A DNA stretch of 62,505 bases, the filler included, from Diploschistes diacapsis (taxonomy: Eukaryota), in NCBI GenBank assembly GCA_023645945.1. It is 12 parts of 12 records of this genome, joined end to end, with 100 filler letters (N's around TTAATTAATTAA, not from the genome) between each part and the next. Parts side by side here need not be neighbours in the genome. Positions count along the whole stretch, not along the records: positions 60,880 to 62,505 come from JALAIB010002801.1; 11 more parts are not named here. One strand, given 5' to 3'. Positions 61,190-62,505 of the stretch are shown one piece after another. Every line of letters starts with the position of its first letter. Position 1 is the first letter of the stretch. The notes under the pieces are model-generated. The model did no database searches. It worked only from the letters and a program-made list of their open reading frames with translations, and was not told the DNA's origin. Made by a program: the position numbers and the translations under genes.

Positions 61190-61428
61190 GCTTTCGATTA
61201 TAAATAAGCGTCAGTTTAATGCTCGTACGGTCGGATACTTCGATCTAGATTAGAATATTTCTACCGTCGAAGTCAGATATAAATATAACGTGTATCACGA
61301 TTTTATACCTTGACCGAAAGACTTCGAGTAAAGTTAATAATAAAAACTAACGAATTCCTGATAGAGAATCTAGATACTTATTTATTAAAAACCGTCAATC
61401 GATAGTATATCGAAAAGATCAATAAAAT
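61190..61428 (+). pseudogene. RIP-degraded gypsy gag fragment
   Basis: QFNARTVGYFDLD...LTERLRVK...ENLDTYLLKTVNR*YIE (cf. IGFFDP...RLRVK...NLD.CL...WY.E). Confidence 0.6.
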
Positions 61429-62505
61429 TGAGACAGATCAGCCCAGGCGCCTGCCAAGCCACCAGGGTCACATGACGGGTGCCAACCGTGCCAAGGATGT
61501 TAGGAGGTGGCTGTGTAGGCGGGTAGAACCCGAACCCCGTAGGGCTGGCACCCACACACTATTTATTCCTGCCACCTTCCTACCTAGATAGTTTCTTCTC
61601 TAGCTTTTCGAATCGAAACCTTTTACTTATAGATGTCTAGTTATACGTAATCCTTTCGGATTAGGTCCAGTTTTCGGTAATATAATATTTTATTCCTGCG
61701 CTGGCGTTTTATATTCGAAAAGCTTATTTTACTTTCGTACTCGTGACGAGAGTTTAAAACGTTAATCGAATTAAATATTCGAGTTTTTACGATTATCGAA
61801 CTCGAAAGTATTACTCGTCGACTTATTATAAATAACAATCCCCGTTAATAGAAAGAATTTAAAAAAAGAAGAAAATCTATAATATTTCCGATTTTTAAAG
61901 AATTAACCGAGATCCTAACGGTTGAAAAATACGATTTAGGAGACGAATCGACAGCTAAAAAATATTTTCGTTGAAAGATTCGATAAAAAATTAATTAATT
62001 AAAATAACGTTATCGAGAACGTAATAAAATTATAATCGTAAGAACGAATAAAAGAAATCTATTATCGAACTGAAAAAAATTAACGGAATTTATTGAATTA
62101 GTACGTATTTACGTAATAATGATCGAAGAAATAAACTAATGAAACGAACGAAAGATTCAACGGTTTTAATAACAATTCAAGAAAGATTTAATTAAATAAA
62201 ACAAATTAGAATAGTTATTATTTAAGAAACAAAAGACCCGAGCTCGCTTAATTAATGGAAATTTCGATTGACGAGTAATTATCGAAGAATTTCGTAATCA
62301 ACGAAAGCTCACGAATTTAATTACGGAAATTAATAACGAAAGACATTTTTTCTCGCATAAGTTACCCGATCTATTTTAGTTTATAATAAATCCTAAAGAA
62401 GGTTTTAATTAAGAATAATAGCGTCTTTTAATTAAGAATAAATTAAAGATAAACGATAATCGATTCAACGAAATTAATAACGAGATAATGTATATGATTT
62501 TCCGT
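61429..62505 (+). mobile_element. Probable 5' LTR (from TGAGACAG, ~400 bp) and gag of a second gypsy element inserted in the first
   Basis: GC-rich island starting with TG at 61429. Near the window end HKLPDLF*F...KNKLKINDNRF...MYMIFR resembles fungal gag KLPDP..F..W..KL..N.D.F. Confidence 0.5.

Noticed and set aside
45709..61838. Short Ile/Leu/Phe-rich ORFs in the small contigs
   Set aside because: By-products of RIP-generated AT richness and repeat arrays; only those with transposon motifs are reported as relics.
1..62505. tRNA/rRNA genes
   Set aside because: No cloverleaf or rRNA-like sequence recognised by eye; tRNAscan-SE/Infernal would be needed to exclude them.

Overview
Fungal (filamentous ascomycete, Pezizomycotina) genomic DNA. 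The evidence is short GT..AG introns with CTRAY branch points, typical fungal housekeeping genes and RIP-scarred transposons. The window is not one locus. It is 12 contigs joined by an artificial 100-bp spacer (N44-TTAATTAATTAA-N44), so adjacency across spacers means nothing. Contig 1 (1-22624) carries the first exon of a COQ11-like gene, a 3-exon 12-Cys small secreted protein missed by the ORF track, a signal-peptide/TM protein, NOP15, a PAP2 lipid phosphatase, an HSL-type alpha/beta hydrolase, a frameshifted GH51 arabinofuranosidase pseudogene, a CorA-like GMN membrane protein and several orphans. Contig 2 (22725-45218) carries the 5' part of RVS161, a SAT4/HAL4 kinase, PBN1 and a SARAF-like gene. 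Between the kinase and PBN1 lies an accessory block: a HET-domain pseudogene, a 4-exon gene fusing C2H2 zinc fingers to a trypsin-fold (Ssy5/S64-like) serine protease, a stand-alone paralog of the same zinc-finger module, and an old MITE. The ten ~1.63-kb contigs (45319-62505) are AT-rich, RIP-degraded nests of Ty3/gypsy, Fot1/pogo and hAT relics, several LTR families, and a non-autonomous TIR element (TAGGCTGGCC...GGCCAGCCTA) filled with GTGTCCGT repeats. The best candidate for an undescribed system is the zinc-finger/protease fusion plus its zinc-finger paralog. All gene models were spliced by eye and no database searches were run.
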